Source of the DNA: Atribacterota bacterium
Lineage (GTDB): Bacteria; Atribacterota; Phoenicimicrobiia; Phoenicimicrobiales; Stramentimicrobiaceae
DNA: 64,000 bases
Reading direction: 5' to 3'
NCBI GenBank assembly: GCA_040767965.1
Contig: JAXGNR010000004.1
Span: 224,001-288,000 of the forward strand
How positions within the stretch are numbered: position 1 is the first letter of the stretch; every line of letters begins with the position of its first letter. The translations under genes and the position numbers were made by a program. Of this stretch, positions 21,414 to 30,584 are shown piece after piece. The notes under the pieces were generated by a model. The model was given only the letters and a program-made list of their open reading frames with translations. It did not search any database and was not told the DNA's origin.

Positions 21414-22418
21414 ATGTCAATTAGAATTCTAGATTGTACTTTAAGAGATGGTAGTCATGCCATAAATTACAAGTTTGACAAGGATTTAACTAAAAAAGTA
21501 CTAAGCGGATTAGAGAATGCAGGGATTGAATGGATTGAGATGGGACATGGCCGGGGACTGGGAGCAAGTAAGAGAAGTGGCAAGGCAGCACCGTTGAGTG
21601 ATGAAGAATACATTGATTTAGCCCAAGAAACATTAAAGAAAGCTAAATTTGGTTTTTTATGTCAAAAGAAGTTTGGTAATGAAGAAGATGTAAAAATGGT
21701 TGCTCAAAAAGGGGTAGATTTTATCAGAATTGCTACCAATATAACTGAGACTGATCAAGTTGAAAATTTAATAAAATATGCAAAAGAACAAAATTTATCA
21801 GTATTTGTTGCCTTAATGAAGGCTCATACTGTGCAAAATATGAGTGAATATATAAAAATATTACAAGAATTACAGAATTGGGGAGTAGATCTTGCCACGT
21901 TAATGGATTCAACAGGGACTATGTTGCCGGAAGATGTGCAAAAATATATTAATTTTGCCAAAACTAATGTAGATTTAAAGATTGGTTTTCATGCCCATAA
22001 CAATTTGCAACTAGGAATAGCAAATGCAATTTCTGCTGCAAAATCAGGGGCAGATTCTGTAGATGCAAGCATAGGAGGGCTTGGTAGAAGTTCAGGGAAT
22101 GCCCCTACTGAGATTATGGCTTTAATATTTAAAAAATATGGCTGGAATGATAACGTAGACTATAAAATAATTTCTCAACTTAATGACGAACTTATTTTCC
22201 CATTAATAAAAGGGGAGAACAGGTTTTCCTCAAAGGCTATTACCTTTGGGTATGCTGGTTTTCATTCAAGTTTTTTCCCAATAGTGGAGAATGTCGTAGA
22301 GAAAAACCCTAATCTAGATTATCGAGATATAATTATGGAAATCAGCAAAATAAATCAGGTAAATGTAAATGAAGAAATAGCTGAGAAGGCAGTTGCTAAT
22401 TTATTAAAAAAGCAATAA
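21414..22418 (+). CDS. 4-hydroxy-2-oxovalerate aldolase-like (DmpG/DRE-TIM) protein
   Basis: LDCTLRDG, EMGHGRGLG, HAHNNLQLG, GYAGFHSSF; ATG 21414 after GAGAGG. Confidence 0.85.
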   Translation: MSIRILDCTLRDGSHAINYKFDKDLTKKVLSGLENAGIEWIEMGHGRGLGASKRSGKAAPLSDEEYIDLAQETLKKAKFGFLCQKKFGNEEDVKMVAQKGVDFIRIATNITETDQVENLIKYAKEQNLSVFVALMKAHTVQNMSEYIKILQELQNWGVDLATLMDSTGTMLPEDVQKYINFAKTNVDLKIGFHAHNNLQLGIANAISAAKSGADSVDASIGGLGRSSGNAPTEIMALIFKKYGWNDNVDYKIISQLNDELIFPLIKGENRFSSKAITFGYAGFHSSFFPIVENVVEKNPNLDYRDIIMEISKINQVNVNEEIAEKAVANLLKKQ

Positions 22419-22437
22419 TAAGGAGAAAGAAAAAAGG

Positions 22438-23418
22438 ATGAGTAAAGGGAAAAAATATAAAGTATTAATAACAAGCCCAATTATTTGTCAAGATGCAATT
22501 GACATGTTAGAAAAAATTGCTGATGTAAAAATAATTGACGCTAATTCCTCAGAAGAAATTGTCATTAATTCTTCTAAAGATGTTGATGCTATTTTAGCCA
22601 GAACTGTAAAAATAACCAAAAAAGTTATAGATTCTGCCAAAAACTTAAAAATAATATCCCGTCATGGAGTCGGGGTTGATGGGGTAGATATTGAAAGTGC
22701 AACAAAAAAGGGAATTTATGTAACAATTACACCAGAAGCTAACGCAGAGGCAGTGAGTGAATTTGCAATAGCATTGATGATGACTTTTAATAGAAAAATT
22801 ATTGATTGTTTTGAAACTGTAAAGTCTGGTTCCTGGGAAAGAGGAAGGCTAATACAAAGTGAACTTTTTAATAAAAAACTAGGTATCGTAGGGCTAGGGA
22901 ATATTGGTTCCAGAGTAGCTAAAAAGGCCAAAGCTTTTGATATGCAGATATACGGATATGATCCTTATATTTCTCCTGAAAGAGCTGCTAAAATTGGGGT
23001 TCAATTATTGAAATTTGAAGAACTATTAACTGAATCAGATATAGTAACCGTACATATCCCAGCAAATCCTGATACAAAATATCTGTTTGATAAAGTTCAG
23101 TTTGATTTAATGAAAAAAAGTGCTCTTTTTGTTAATACTTCCCGGGGTGATATTGTCAATGAAAAAGCATTAATAAATGCCTTAAAGAATAAAGGCATTG
23201 CCGGAGCCTGCTTAGATGTATTTAGCAGTGAACCGATTAAAGGGGATAATGAATTATTATTTTTAGATAATGTAATACTTTCTCCTCATGTAGCAGCCCA
23301 ATCCAAAGAAGCTTTGGAGAGAGTTGGCAAAGAAGCAGCACAGAATATTATTAAAATGCTGAATGGGGATATACCTAAGGGTGTATATAATAAAGAACTT
23401 GTTTCTAATAATAATTAA
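22438..23418 (+). CDS. D-2-hydroxyacid dehydrogenase (phosphoglycerate dehydrogenase-like, no ACT domain)
   Basis: RHGVGVD, GLGNIG, NTSRG, LDVF..EP, SPHVA. Confidence 0.92.
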   Translation: MSKGKKYKVLITSPIICQDAIDMLEKIADVKIIDANSSEEIVINSSKDVDAILARTVKITKKVIDSAKNLKIISRHGVGVDGVDIESATKKGIYVTITPEANAEAVSEFAIALMMTFNRKIIDCFETVKSGSWERGRLIQSELFNKKLGIVGLGNIGSRVAKKAKAFDMQIYGYDPYISPERAAKIGVQLLKFEELLTESDIVTVHIPANPDTKYLFDKVQFDLMKKSALFVNTSRGDIVNEKALINALKNKGIAGACLDVFSSEPIKGDNELLFLDNVILSPHVAAQSKEALERVGKEAAQNIIKMLNGDIPKGVYNKELVSNNN

Positions 23419-23469
23419 AATTATAAAAGTTATATTTATTTAAATAATAATCCAAAGGAGGATCATATC

Positions 23470-24522
23470 TTGTCTGATAAGATTAGAATTCAAGAAGACC
23501 AGTTACGTTCTTTTAGTACTCAGCTATTCCAAAAGGTAGGCTTAAATGCTGCTGATGCCCATACAGTTTCTGATGCCCTGGTATTTGCCAACTTACGCGG
23601 GATAGACTCTCATGGTATCCTCAGACTTCCCTTTTACCTGAAAAGATTAGAAGTAGGAGGATCCAAGTCCAACCCCAATATCTCTACCATCAAAGAAAAA
23701 GCCGCCTATGCCCTCCTGGACGGTGATAACGGCATGGGTCAGGTTATCGGAGCATATGCTGCCAGAATGGCTGCTCAAAAAGCCAAAGAAGCCGGCATCA
23801 GCTTCATTGCTGTCAGAGGCAGTGCCCACTTTGGTGCAGCTTCCTACTATTCCAATCTGATAGCCAAAGAAAACATGATCGGTTTTGCCACCACCAATAC
23901 CACCCAGATAATGGCTGCCTGGGGAGGATCTGATAAGATCCTGGGAAACAACCCCATTGCTATTTCAGTGCCCAAAGATGGCGAACCTTTAGTCTTGGAT
24001 ATCTCTATGAGCAGGGTAGCAGGAGGCAAGATCAAACTTTATGCCAAAGATGATAAAAAAATCCCCTTAGGCTGGGGTTTAGACAAAGAAGGCAGAAACA
24101 CCACTGACCCCAATGAGGTTATCAACGGTGGAGCCTATCTGCCTTTCGGTGAGCATAAAGGGTATGGATTGGCAGTAATCCTGGAAATCCTAAATGGTGT
24201 CCTAACAGGAGCCAGCATGCTAAGTGAAACTTTCTCCTGGTGGAAATATCCTGAAAGACCTCTTAATCTAGGCCATTGTTTTGCTGCTATCAATATAGAA
24301 GACTTTATTGGTCTGGAAGAATTCTCGCAAAGATTAACAAGAATGTCCCAAGAAATAAAAGCTTCTTCCCCTGCAGAAGGTTCCAGTGGAGTTGTTATGC
24401 CTGGGGAAATTGAAGACAGAGTAAAAGCAGAAAGAAGCAAAGAAGGGATACCTGTATCCCCACAGATCGTGGAAGATTTAAAGATGTTATCAGAAAAATA
24501 CGATGTACCGTTTAGCTTATAG
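23470..24522 (+). CDS. Ldh_2 family oxidoreductase (malate/L-lactate/sulfolactate dehydrogenase-like)
   Basis: RGIDSHG, HFGA, GNNPIA, HKGYGLA, PGEIE. Confidence 0.92.
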   Translation: MSDKIRIQEDQLRSFSTQLFQKVGLNAADAHTVSDALVFANLRGIDSHGILRLPFYLKRLEVGGSKSNPNISTIKEKAAYALLDGDNGMGQVIGAYAARMAAQKAKEAGISFIAVRGSAHFGAASYYSNLIAKENMIGFATTNTTQIMAAWGGSDKILGNNPIAISVPKDGEPLVLDISMSRVAGGKIKLYAKDDKKIPLGWGLDKEGRNTTDPNEVINGGAYLPFGEHKGYGLAVILEILNGVLTGASMLSETFSWWKYPERPLNLGHCFAAINIEDFIGLEEFSQRLTRMSQEIKASSPAEGSSGVVMPGEIEDRVKAERSKEGIPVSPQIVEDLKMLSEKYDVPFSL

Positions 24523-24558
24523 GTAATAATAAATAATTATCAAAAGATATTAAGGAGA

Positions 24559-25344
24559 ATGATAATGAAAAATCAGGAGAATAAAATAAAGAAGAAGTTA
24601 AAACTAGAACAAGTAGTTTATGGAACATGCATTAATGCGCCTAGTCCTGGTTTAGTTGAACTTGCTGGATTTTCTGGCTTAGATTTTTGTAGAATTGATA
24701 ATGAGCATACCTGGAGACAAGACGGAAGTATGGATAATATGATGAGAGCGGCCTTAGTTGGAGACATTGTAGCTATTCCAAGAATTGACAAGGGTAATCC
24801 ATTTCTAATTCGAAAAATATACGAGATTGGTGCAAAAGGTTTTATTATTCCCGATATCTATAATAGCCAAGAGGTAATTGATATTATAAAAGCTGCAAAA
24901 TTTCCTCCAAAAGGAAATAGGGGATATAGTAGTAATTGTTTATCCTCACAGTATGGTTTACATAAAGGAGAAGATTATATTAAATGGAGTAATGAAGAAT
25001 TGTTGGTGGGAATAATGATAGAAGAAAAAGAAGCCTTAGATGACATCGAAAATATTATGGCTATAGAGGATTTGGATTTTGTCCTTTTTGGACCTGCCGA
25101 TTATTCTTTAAGTATTGGATTACCTGCTCCCAGCAAAAATCATCCTAAAGTTCAGGATGCTATCAAAAAAACCATTGAAGCTGCTAATAAAAATAACAAA
25201 TATGTAATGATTGGTGTTGGCTACCCCTGGGAAGAAGAGGCACAAAGCTATATAAAAATGGGTTGTAAAATGATAGAAATAGGGCATGACTATTCCATTC
25301 TAAAAACTGTTTGGAGTAATACTTTAAATAATTTGGTAAAATAA
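24559..25344 (+). CDS. HpcH/HpaI class II aldolase family
   Basis: IDNEH, FPPKGNRG, MIE, FGPADYS. Confidence 0.9.
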   Translation: MIMKNQENKIKKKLKLEQVVYGTCINAPSPGLVELAGFSGLDFCRIDNEHTWRQDGSMDNMMRAALVGDIVAIPRIDKGNPFLIRKIYEIGAKGFIIPDIYNSQEVIDIIKAAKFPPKGNRGYSSNCLSSQYGLHKGEDYIKWSNEELLVGIMIEEKEALDDIENIMAIEDLDFVLFGPADYSLSIGLPAPSKNHPKVQDAIKKTIEAANKNNKYVMIGVGYPWEEEAQSYIKMGCKMIEIGHDYSILKTVWSNTLNNLVK

Positions 25345-25422
25345 TATTTTAAATACATAATCTAATATAAAGATATAAAAAATTTTATAACTTTTCAAAA
25401 ATAGAATTAATTTTATTATTTT

Positions 25423-25471
25423 TTAACAGGAAGTAGCTTAAAATTAAAGACTATAGGTTACTTCCTGTTAA
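25423..25471. terminator. Hairpin after the HpcH-like gene
   Basis: TTAACAGGAAGTAGC...GTTACTTCCTGTTAA. Confidence 0.55.
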
Positions 25472-25495
25472 GTTAGAAAGGAAAAATAAATCATA

Positions 25496-25807
25496 ATGTC
25501 AATGAAGAAAACAGCTTATATGTTTGTATCTGCTGGAGTTGATCCAAAAATACATAGAAATTAAATAATGCGTCCAAATGGAAAAGAGTTGATTACTATT
25601 GGAGTAAGAAATTATGCACAAGGTGTAGAAGTAGCTAAGGAATTAGTTAAAGAAGGTGTTGTTGGTATTAGCTTATGTGCTGGTTTTGGGAATTACGGAG
25701 TTTCAATGATTACCAGTGCTGTTGAAAGAAAGGTACCGGTGGGAGTGGTAAGGTTTGATTACCATCCAGCATTAGAATTTAAAAGCGGAGATGAAATTAA
25801 CTTCTAA
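25496..25807 (+). pseudogene. DUF6506-like small protein with an in-frame TAA at 25562
   Basis: MSMKKTAYMFVSAGVDPKIHRN*IMRPNGKELITIGV...LCAGFG...VPVGVVRFD..HP; the frame is continuous across the stop. Confidence 0.6.
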
Positions 25808-26149
25808 ATTGTTGATAGGTTAATATAAAAACATGAAAATTTTACTGGCTTGATTTTGTTATTATGAATTTACGAAATAATGATAAAGAATTAACAGTTT
25901 TTTAACTTACTATTTAAAAATAAATTTTTAAAAATTATTTATAATATAATTTTTACTGATTATTTTGGAATATTTTGTTTTTATCTATAAATTGCATATC
26001 TGCCGAAATATCCCAAGACAAAGATATATTCTAAATTAATCTAAATTAAATAGAATGTATCTTTCTAATATATCTACATGTATTATAAAAATCCTCTTTT
26101 GCTTAACATAAACAATTTAAAATTATTCATTTATTATATTAATACTATA

Positions 26150-26178
26150 TTGACATTCATTATTTAGCGTATTAGTAT
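26150..26178 (+). promoter_or_regulatory. Sigma70/SigA promoter of nrdR-nrdD operon
   Basis: TTGACA-17 bp-TAGTAT. Confidence 0.7.
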
Positions 26179-26201
26179 TAGTGATAACTCTAAATATGGA
26201 G
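26155..26201. promoter_or_regulatory. Tandem NrdR boxes
   Basis: ATTCATTATTTAGCG (26155) and ACTCTAAATATGGAG (26187) resemble acaCwAtATaTwGtg and are 32 bp apart. Confidence 0.6.
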
Positions 26202-26207
26202 AAATAT

Positions 26208-26666
26208 ATGAAATGTCCTTTTTGTAAAAATATGGATACCGGGGTAATTGAATCCAGAGCTATGGAAGATGACACAGTTATCAGAAGACGTAGATATTGC
26301 AAAAAATGCAAAAAACGTTTTACCACACATGAAAGAATTGAACTTGTTCCCTTGATAGTAATAAAGAAAAATGAAAACCGGGAAGTTTTTGATCGAGGGA
26401 AAATTATAAAAGGTATTATAAAAGCCTGTGAAAAAAGACCGATATCCTTAGAAAAAATTACACAAATTGTTGATGAAATAGAAGAAAAACTTAAACAAGG
26501 TGCAGGCAATGAAATTAGCAGTCAGGAAATAGGAAGGTTAGTCATGGATCAATTAAAAATGATAGACGAAGTCGCTTATGTAAGATTTGCTTCAGTTTAC
26601 CGTCATTTTGAAGATATTGGTAGCTTTTTAGATGAGATTAATAAAATCAAAAAAGAAATTAAATAA
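26208..26666 (+). CDS. nrdR: Transcriptional repressor NrdR
   Basis: MKCPFC, IRRRRYC..C..RFTTHE, ATP cone, DEVAYVRFASVY. Confidence 0.97.
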   Translation: MKCPFCKNMDTGVIESRAMEDDTVIRRRRYCKKCKKRFTTHERIELVPLIVIKKNENREVFDRGKIIKGIIKACEKRPISLEKITQIVDEIEEKLKQGAGNEISSQEIGRLVMDQLKMIDEVAYVRFASVYRHFEDIGSFLDEINKIKKEIK

Positions 26667-26680
26667 ACAAAGGCAAGGGA

Positions 26681-29113
26681 GTGCTGATAATGGTTGACAA
26701 GATCAAAAAAAGAGAAGGTTATCTGGTTAATTTTGATCAAGAAAAAATATACAATGCCATTTTGGCTGCCATGGAGGCTGTAGAGGAAAAAGAACTGGTT
26801 CAGGCCCGAAAAATTACAGATCATGTAATCTACAGATTAGAAGTGAATTTTGAAAAGAAAATTCCTTCGGTGGAGGAGATACAGGATATAGTAGAAGAGC
26901 AACTTATTGAAGCAGGATTAACAAAAGTAGCCAAAGCTTATATACTTTATCGAAATAAAAAAAATGAGCTGAGAAAAAAATTATATGTGAGAGATAAAGC
27001 AAGACAATATAAGGATAGTACCGAAATGTCTCTACTGGTTTCTGCTTCTGCAAAAGAGGAAATATCTCTGTGGGATAGGAATAAAATCATAGATGCTTTA
27101 TGTAAAGAAGCTGAAATACCCTTGTCTGTTGCTCAGAAGATTGCCAAGAACGTAGAAGAAAAAATATTTGCTTTAAATTTTAATAATATTTCAACTACCT
27201 TGATAAGGGAATTAGTAGATAATGAGTTATTTACCAGAGGGTATGAACAAAAATGGAACAAGCAAAGAATTATTGGAATGCCTGCCTATGATTTAAAGAG
27301 ACTTTTCCTGTCTAAAACAAAAGAAAATAGCAATATTGCTACTAATAACCCGGAAGCCATTAATCTTACTATTGCTGAAAATACAATTAAGCAATACATG
27401 TTACAGGAAGTGTTTAGCGAAGATGTGGCAGATGCTCATTTAAAAGGGGTCATCCATATACATGACTTAGGATATCCAAGGGTTTATTGCTCAGGACATT
27501 CCCTGGAATATATTAAAAAATACGGGTTAAAACTGGATAATTTAGATACGGCTTCTTCTCCCGCCAAGCATGCCAGGACTTTGACTGGTCATTTGAATAC
27601 TTTTCTTTCTTCAATGCAGGCATATTATGCTGGAGCATTGGGGATTGCATATCTTAATATTTTTTATGCTCCTTATCTGGAGGGTATGCCATATGAAGAA
27701 ATGAAACAGGAAGCCCAATATTTAATATTTAGCGGCTCCCAGAATGCTTTTTCCAGAGGAGGGCAGAGTTTATTTCTAGATTTCAATGTTCACTTAGGAG
27801 TACCTGATTATTTAAAAGAGATTCCTGCTATTGGTCCAGGGGGCAGATATACCGGAAAAACCTATCAGTATTATGAACAGATCTCACAATTATTTTTAAA
27901 AGCTTTAATGGAAGTATGGGAAGAAGGTGATTCTAATGGAAAAGTATTTGCCTTTCCCAAAATGGATTTACACATTAATAATAATTCTTTTCAGAATCCT
28001 GCAGAAAGAGAACTGTTGCAATATGCATGCAAAATAGCGTCTAAAAATGGAACCCCTTATTTTATTTTTGACAGAGACAGTGTTTCGCTTTCAGCATGCT
28101 GCAGGCTTAAAAATGAAATTACAGATATGAATATGATAAAAAACCCTGAAAAATTAAGATTTTCCGGCATACAAAATGTAACAATAAATTTACCACAATG
28201 TGCATATAAAGCAGTGCAGGAAAGCAAGAAAAATAATGGCGATAGTCCAGTTTCAGACAGCCTCCAAAATCTGTTTAATATATTTTTTGAACACATAGAA
28301 TTTTCTTTAAAACTCGCTGTAAAAGCTCATCAGGAAAAGAAAATATTTTTAAAGCAGATGATGGATTCCCCGGAAGGACCTTTATGGCAGATAGGCAAAA
28401 TTAGTCCAGACGGTGAACCTTATGTTGATTTGGAAAAAGGTACTTATTTAATAGGAATTATCGGTCTCAATGAGGCTATACAGTATTTAACCGATTGCCA
28501 AATGCATGAAGATGAAAAATCTTTTATTTGGGGATTAAAGACTATTTCTTTTTTAAATTTAAAATGCAATGTTTATGGTGAAAAATATAGATTAAAACTG
28601 TCCTTAGAAGAATCACCTGCGGAGAGTGCTGCAGGGAGGTTAGCTAAAATTGATTTGAATGAATATGCAGAGAGCAAAAAGGTTATAAAGGGAAGCATTG
28701 AAAATGATGAATGTTATTATACTAATAGTATTCATTTTGCTGCATCTGCTGATATTGATTTCATCTCCAGAATCATCAAGCAAAGCAAATTTCATCCACT
28801 TATTAAAAGCGGAGCTATTATTCATGCTTTTGTTGGAGAAAAAAGACCTCCTGCAGAAAGTATTTATAATTTATTAAAAAAAGTCTGGGAGAATACTCTG
28901 GCAGCACAATTGACAATTTCTCCTGAATTTACCATGTGTAACCAATGTAAAAAAATTAGTCCGGGACTGCTGAACAGTTGTGGCTACTGCAATAGTGAAG
29001 ATATATATGGTATTACCAGAATTGTAGGTTATTATAGTAAAGTAAATAATTGGAATAAAAATAAAATTGGTGAATTAAAAGACAGAAAATCCGGGAAATA
29101 CCAGATTGTGTAG
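26681..29113 (+). CDS. nrdD: Anaerobic (class III) ribonucleoside-triphosphate reductase with two ATP cones
   Basis: IHIHDL, ACCRL finger loop, EESPAES, YYTNS, CxxC..CxxC, glycyl-radical motif TRIVGYY. Confidence 0.95.
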   Translation: MLIMVDKIKKREGYLVNFDQEKIYNAILAAMEAVEEKELVQARKITDHVIYRLEVNFEKKIPSVEEIQDIVEEQLIEAGLTKVAKAYILYRNKKNELRKKLYVRDKARQYKDSTEMSLLVSASAKEEISLWDRNKIIDALCKEAEIPLSVAQKIAKNVEEKIFALNFNNISTTLIRELVDNELFTRGYEQKWNKQRIIGMPAYDLKRLFLSKTKENSNIATNNPEAINLTIAENTIKQYMLQEVFSEDVADAHLKGVIHIHDLGYPRVYCSGHSLEYIKKYGLKLDNLDTASSPAKHARTLTGHLNTFLSSMQAYYAGALGIAYLNIFYAPYLEGMPYEEMKQEAQYLIFSGSQNAFSRGGQSLFLDFNVHLGVPDYLKEIPAIGPGGRYTGKTYQYYEQISQLFLKALMEVWEEGDSNGKVFAFPKMDLHINNNSFQNPAERELLQYACKIASKNGTPYFIFDRDSVSLSACCRLKNEITDMNMIKNPEKLRFSGIQNVTINLPQCAYKAVQESKKNNGDSPVSDSLQNLFNIFFEHIEFSLKLAVKAHQEKKIFLKQMMDSPEGPLWQIGKISPDGEPYVDLEKGTYLIGIIGLNEAIQYLTDCQMHEDEKSFIWGLKTISFLNLKCNVYGEKYRLKLSLEESPAESAAGRLAKIDLNEYAESKKVIKGSIENDECYYTNSIHFAASADIDFISRIIKQSKFHPLIKSGAIIHAFVGEKRPPAESIYNLLKKVWENTLAAQLTISPEFTMCNQCKKISPGLLNSCGYCNSEDIYGITRIVGYYSKVNNWNKNKIGELKDRKSGKYQIV

Positions 29114-29138
29114 AATTGAGAAAGAGAGCAATAAAATA

Positions 29139-29405
29139 ATGAAAATTAAGATATTTTGGAAAAGAGATTGTCCCAATTGCCCTCAGGCAAAAAAGGTAGG
29201 GAAGTTAATCAAAGACATTATTAGTGTAGAATATCTGGATATCGATACCGTTGATGGGCTTGCTGAATCTTGTATATTTAATGTCATGGCTACTCCCAGC
29301 ATGGTTCTGGTTGACGATAAAAACAAAGAAATAGAATCCTGGAGAGGTGTGGTACCTGAATCTGATGTCATTAAAAGAAGCATTTCAGACAAAAGAAAAT
29401 GTTAG
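29139..29405 (+). CDS. Glutaredoxin/thioredoxin-like protein (NrdH-like)
   Basis: CPNC active site and cis-Pro motif VMATP; between nrdD and nrdG. Confidence 0.85.
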   Translation: MKIKIFWKRDCPNCPQAKKVGKLIKDIISVEYLDIDTVDGLAESCIFNVMATPSMVLVDDKNKEIESWRGVVPESDVIKRSISDKRKC

Positions 29406-30105
29406 AATTAATAAAATGATTGAGTCATCATTAATTGATTGGGAAGGAATGATTGCAGCAACCCTTTATGTTGGAGGGTGCAACTTTCGCTGTCCATTTT
29501 GTTATAACAGGGAATTAGTTATACATCCTGAAATTTTACCTGTAATCCCGGAAGGGGATATTCTATCTGCCTTGAATGAAAGGAGGCCTTTTCTGGATGG
29601 AATCTGTCTTAGTGGCGGAGAACCAACAATCTATACTAACTTAGAAAAGTTTTTAAAGATCTTAAAAGAATATGGCGTAAAGATTAAACTTGATACAAAT
29701 GGTAGTTTCCCTGATAGGCTAGAAGAATTAATTAGAAATAATCTTGTTGACTATGTAGCAATGGATATTAAAAATAGTTTTCATGACCAAAAATATTATC
29801 AATTAACAGGCAGTAAAGATCCATTCCTGCTGGAAAAAATTCAAAAAAGTATTAATCTGATCAGGGAAGCAGACATTGACTATGAATTCAGAACCACTGT
29901 TATTCCTGGTTTCCTGGATGAATTGGAAATAAAGGAAATTGCCTGTTATATTCAAGGAGCAAAAAAATATGTATTACAGAATTTTGTAAATTCTGAAAAA
30001 ATGCTGGATCCTTCTTTGAACAAAATTCAACCTTATACTGAAGAAAAAATGCAAAAAATGGCCCAAAAAATTGAATATTTTGTAGAGAAAGTATTAGTCA
30101 GATAA
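29347..30105 (+). CDS. nrdG: Anaerobic RNR activating radical SAM enzyme (start uncertain)
   Basis: SLIDW, GCNFRCPFCYN, SGGEPT, KLDTNG, YEFRTT. Confidence 0.92.
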   Translation: MWYLNLMSLKEAFQTKENVRINKMIESSLIDWEGMIAATLYVGGCNFRCPFCYNRELVIHPEILPVIPEGDILSALNERRPFLDGICLSGGEPTIYTNLEKFLKILKEYGVKIKLDTNGSFPDRLEELIRNNLVDYVAMDIKNSFHDQKYYQLTGSKDPFLLEKIQKSINLIREADIDYEFRTTVIPGFLDELEIKEIACYIQGAKKYVLQNFVNSEKMLDPSLNKIQPYTEEKMQKMAQKIEYFVEKVLVR

Positions 30106-30209
30106 AAATTCCTACTGAAGTTTTTGTTTAAGCGTAAAAGAAATATTAGAACGACATATTATATAAAAAATATATAAAAAATATTTATTTCTAATATAAT
30201 CACGTTTAT

Positions 30210-30258
30210 AAAAAAGCAGAGCAATGATATCATAATATCTTGCAGTCTGCTTTTTTCT
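30210..30258 (+). terminator. Rho-independent terminator after nrdG
   Basis: AAAAAAGCAGA-GCAATGATAT...ATATCTTGC-AGTCTGCTTTTTT followed by a T run. Confidence 0.6.
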
Positions 30259-30584
30259 TTTTTAAAATATTAAGTATTAATTTATGATTCAAAAAGAATT
30301 TCTTAATTGCAATATTTTAATAATTAATAAATTGCAATATTGAAGAGTAAAATGATAAGATATAAAAATGATTTAGAGAAATCTTAGCAGATACAAATCA
30401 AACAAGTTGTATAAAGATTTTTCCAGTTTATCAACAAGACTGTAAGATATAAAAAAATTTTTAATTTATTTTTTATAAAGGAGGAGAAGAGAAGGGCTAA
30501 ATAAAAAAGACGATTGTTAAATGTGAAAAACTACTGTGTACCAATTTTCAGTGGTTATTATAAAAAGGAGGAATAGAGGAAGAT

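Noticed and set aside
7545-26120. Island as an integrative mobile element
   Set aside because: No integrase, transposase, tRNA target or flanking direct repeats were seen
30260-30580. Possible T-box or riboswitch upstream of the liv operon
   Set aside because: No TGGNACC bulge, specifier stem or terminator was found
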